Assembly: GCA_002104905.1 (NCBI GenBank)
Contig: MCFE01000659.1
Location: 1 to 49,080, forward strand
Length of the DNA stretch: 49,080 nucleotides
Reading direction: 5' to 3'
Source of the DNA: Basidiobolus meristosporus CBS 931.73
Taxonomy: Eukaryota; Fungi; Basidiobolomycota
Numbering within the stretch: position 1 is the stretch's first letter; every line of letters begins with the position of its first letter. The notes under the pieces are model-generated. The model had not been told where the DNA came from and did not search any database. It worked only from the letters and a program-made list of their open reading frames with translations. Both the position numbers and the translations under genes were made by a program. This document shows, in pieces, positions 48,331-49,080 of this stretch.

Positions 48331-49080
48331 ATGTCTATGCGATTGAATCTCCCCACCATAAGCATTCCTCAAATAACCTTTACACCGAATTCTCGCCACC
48401 CTAACCGTTCTACCGCTTTATTTCCTCGTAACGCTTCCAAAAGAACTGACAAAACTCGAGAGCCTAATTTTTCCTTTGCTCATGTCAACCGAAGTTTTAC
48501 AACCCTAAGAGCCAACTCGTTCGAGCATTCCGAACATGCTGCAGACACTACTCAGTATTTGAACGCTCCGCTCACCCCTATTTACGATAAACACCCCTCA
48601 GAATTACTCTCCCCGCCAGAACTAAGAGTGAGTGGCTCCTCTGATGACGAGGAAACGGACTACGAAGACGAAGACGATAGATTTTTCGAGCAAAGGTGAT
48701 GATCCAGGCTTAAGCCAAAGCCAGTTAAGCTTCAAGGTCACTACACATATACTTACCATTTCCCGCCGATAGAGACCAATACGGATTCAAAAAATCCACC
48801 CAGTATTCAACTAAGGACGACTACGAAAGATTCATCTCCAACTACGAGCCAATTGTTCAGAGACGACGAGAAAAATGGAATATGCTGATAAAGAATTATC
48901 ATGGTTCTTTGCCGGTCAAATCCCCTACAATCAAACGATATATTCGTAAGGGAATACCCAACGAGTATAGGAGACAGGTAAACGACGCTTTGCCATTTCT
49001 TGGTAGCGCCAGCTTCTGACCATAATTTATAGTGTTGGCTGCGCTACAGCGGTGCAGATGTTCGGATGAGGAGCAATCCA
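48331..49080 (+). CDS. Rab-GAP TBC-domain protein, Msb3/Gyp3-like (5' part; continues beyond the window)
   Basis: Exons 48331-48695, 48773-48977, 49033->49080. DQYGFKK..Y..RRREKW..LP..IKRYIRKGIPNEYRRQ/CWLRYSGA marks the start of a TBC domain. Confidence 0.88.

Overview
Eukaryotic, intron-rich genomic DNA with short (49-118 nt) GT..AG introns and CTRAY-type branch sites. The gene content (signal-peptide tyrosinase, PRL phosphatase, Fe-S serine dehydratase, Zn2Cys6 factors, ATG8) points to an early-diverging fungus; a Zoopagomycota/Basidiobolus-like origin is an inference only. I hand-spliced 15 protein-coding genes: two head-to-head Zn2Cys6 transcription factor paralogues, an ABC-F ATPase, a bacterial-type L-serine dehydratase, a secreted tyrosinase, a 15-exon GCK-III/STE20 kinase, a small Cys-containing orphan, ATG8, a Byr4/Bfa1-like protein, a PRL phosphatase, a branched-chain aminotransferase, HSF1, a FAR-17a/AIG1-like membrane protein, an F-box/SMI1-KNR4 protein and the 5' part of an Msb3-like TBC GAP. 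Intergenic DNA holds decayed Ty3/Gypsy-like fragments, an unidentified decayed repeat family (units at about 9.2-10.3 kb and 35.7-36.4 kb) and a G4/Z-DNA-capable simple-repeat cluster upstream of HSF1. The most striking observation is the inverted TF pair. It is about 68% identical in the DNA-binding exon, with unalignable introns 1-2, but shares a sharply bounded ~790-bp near-identical patchwork that includes introns 3 and 4. This fits recent gene conversion and could allow a flip-flop inversion that swaps the DNA-binding halves. An assembly artefact must be excluded first. No tRNA, rRNA or CRISPR feature could be supported. All alignments and counts were done by eye.
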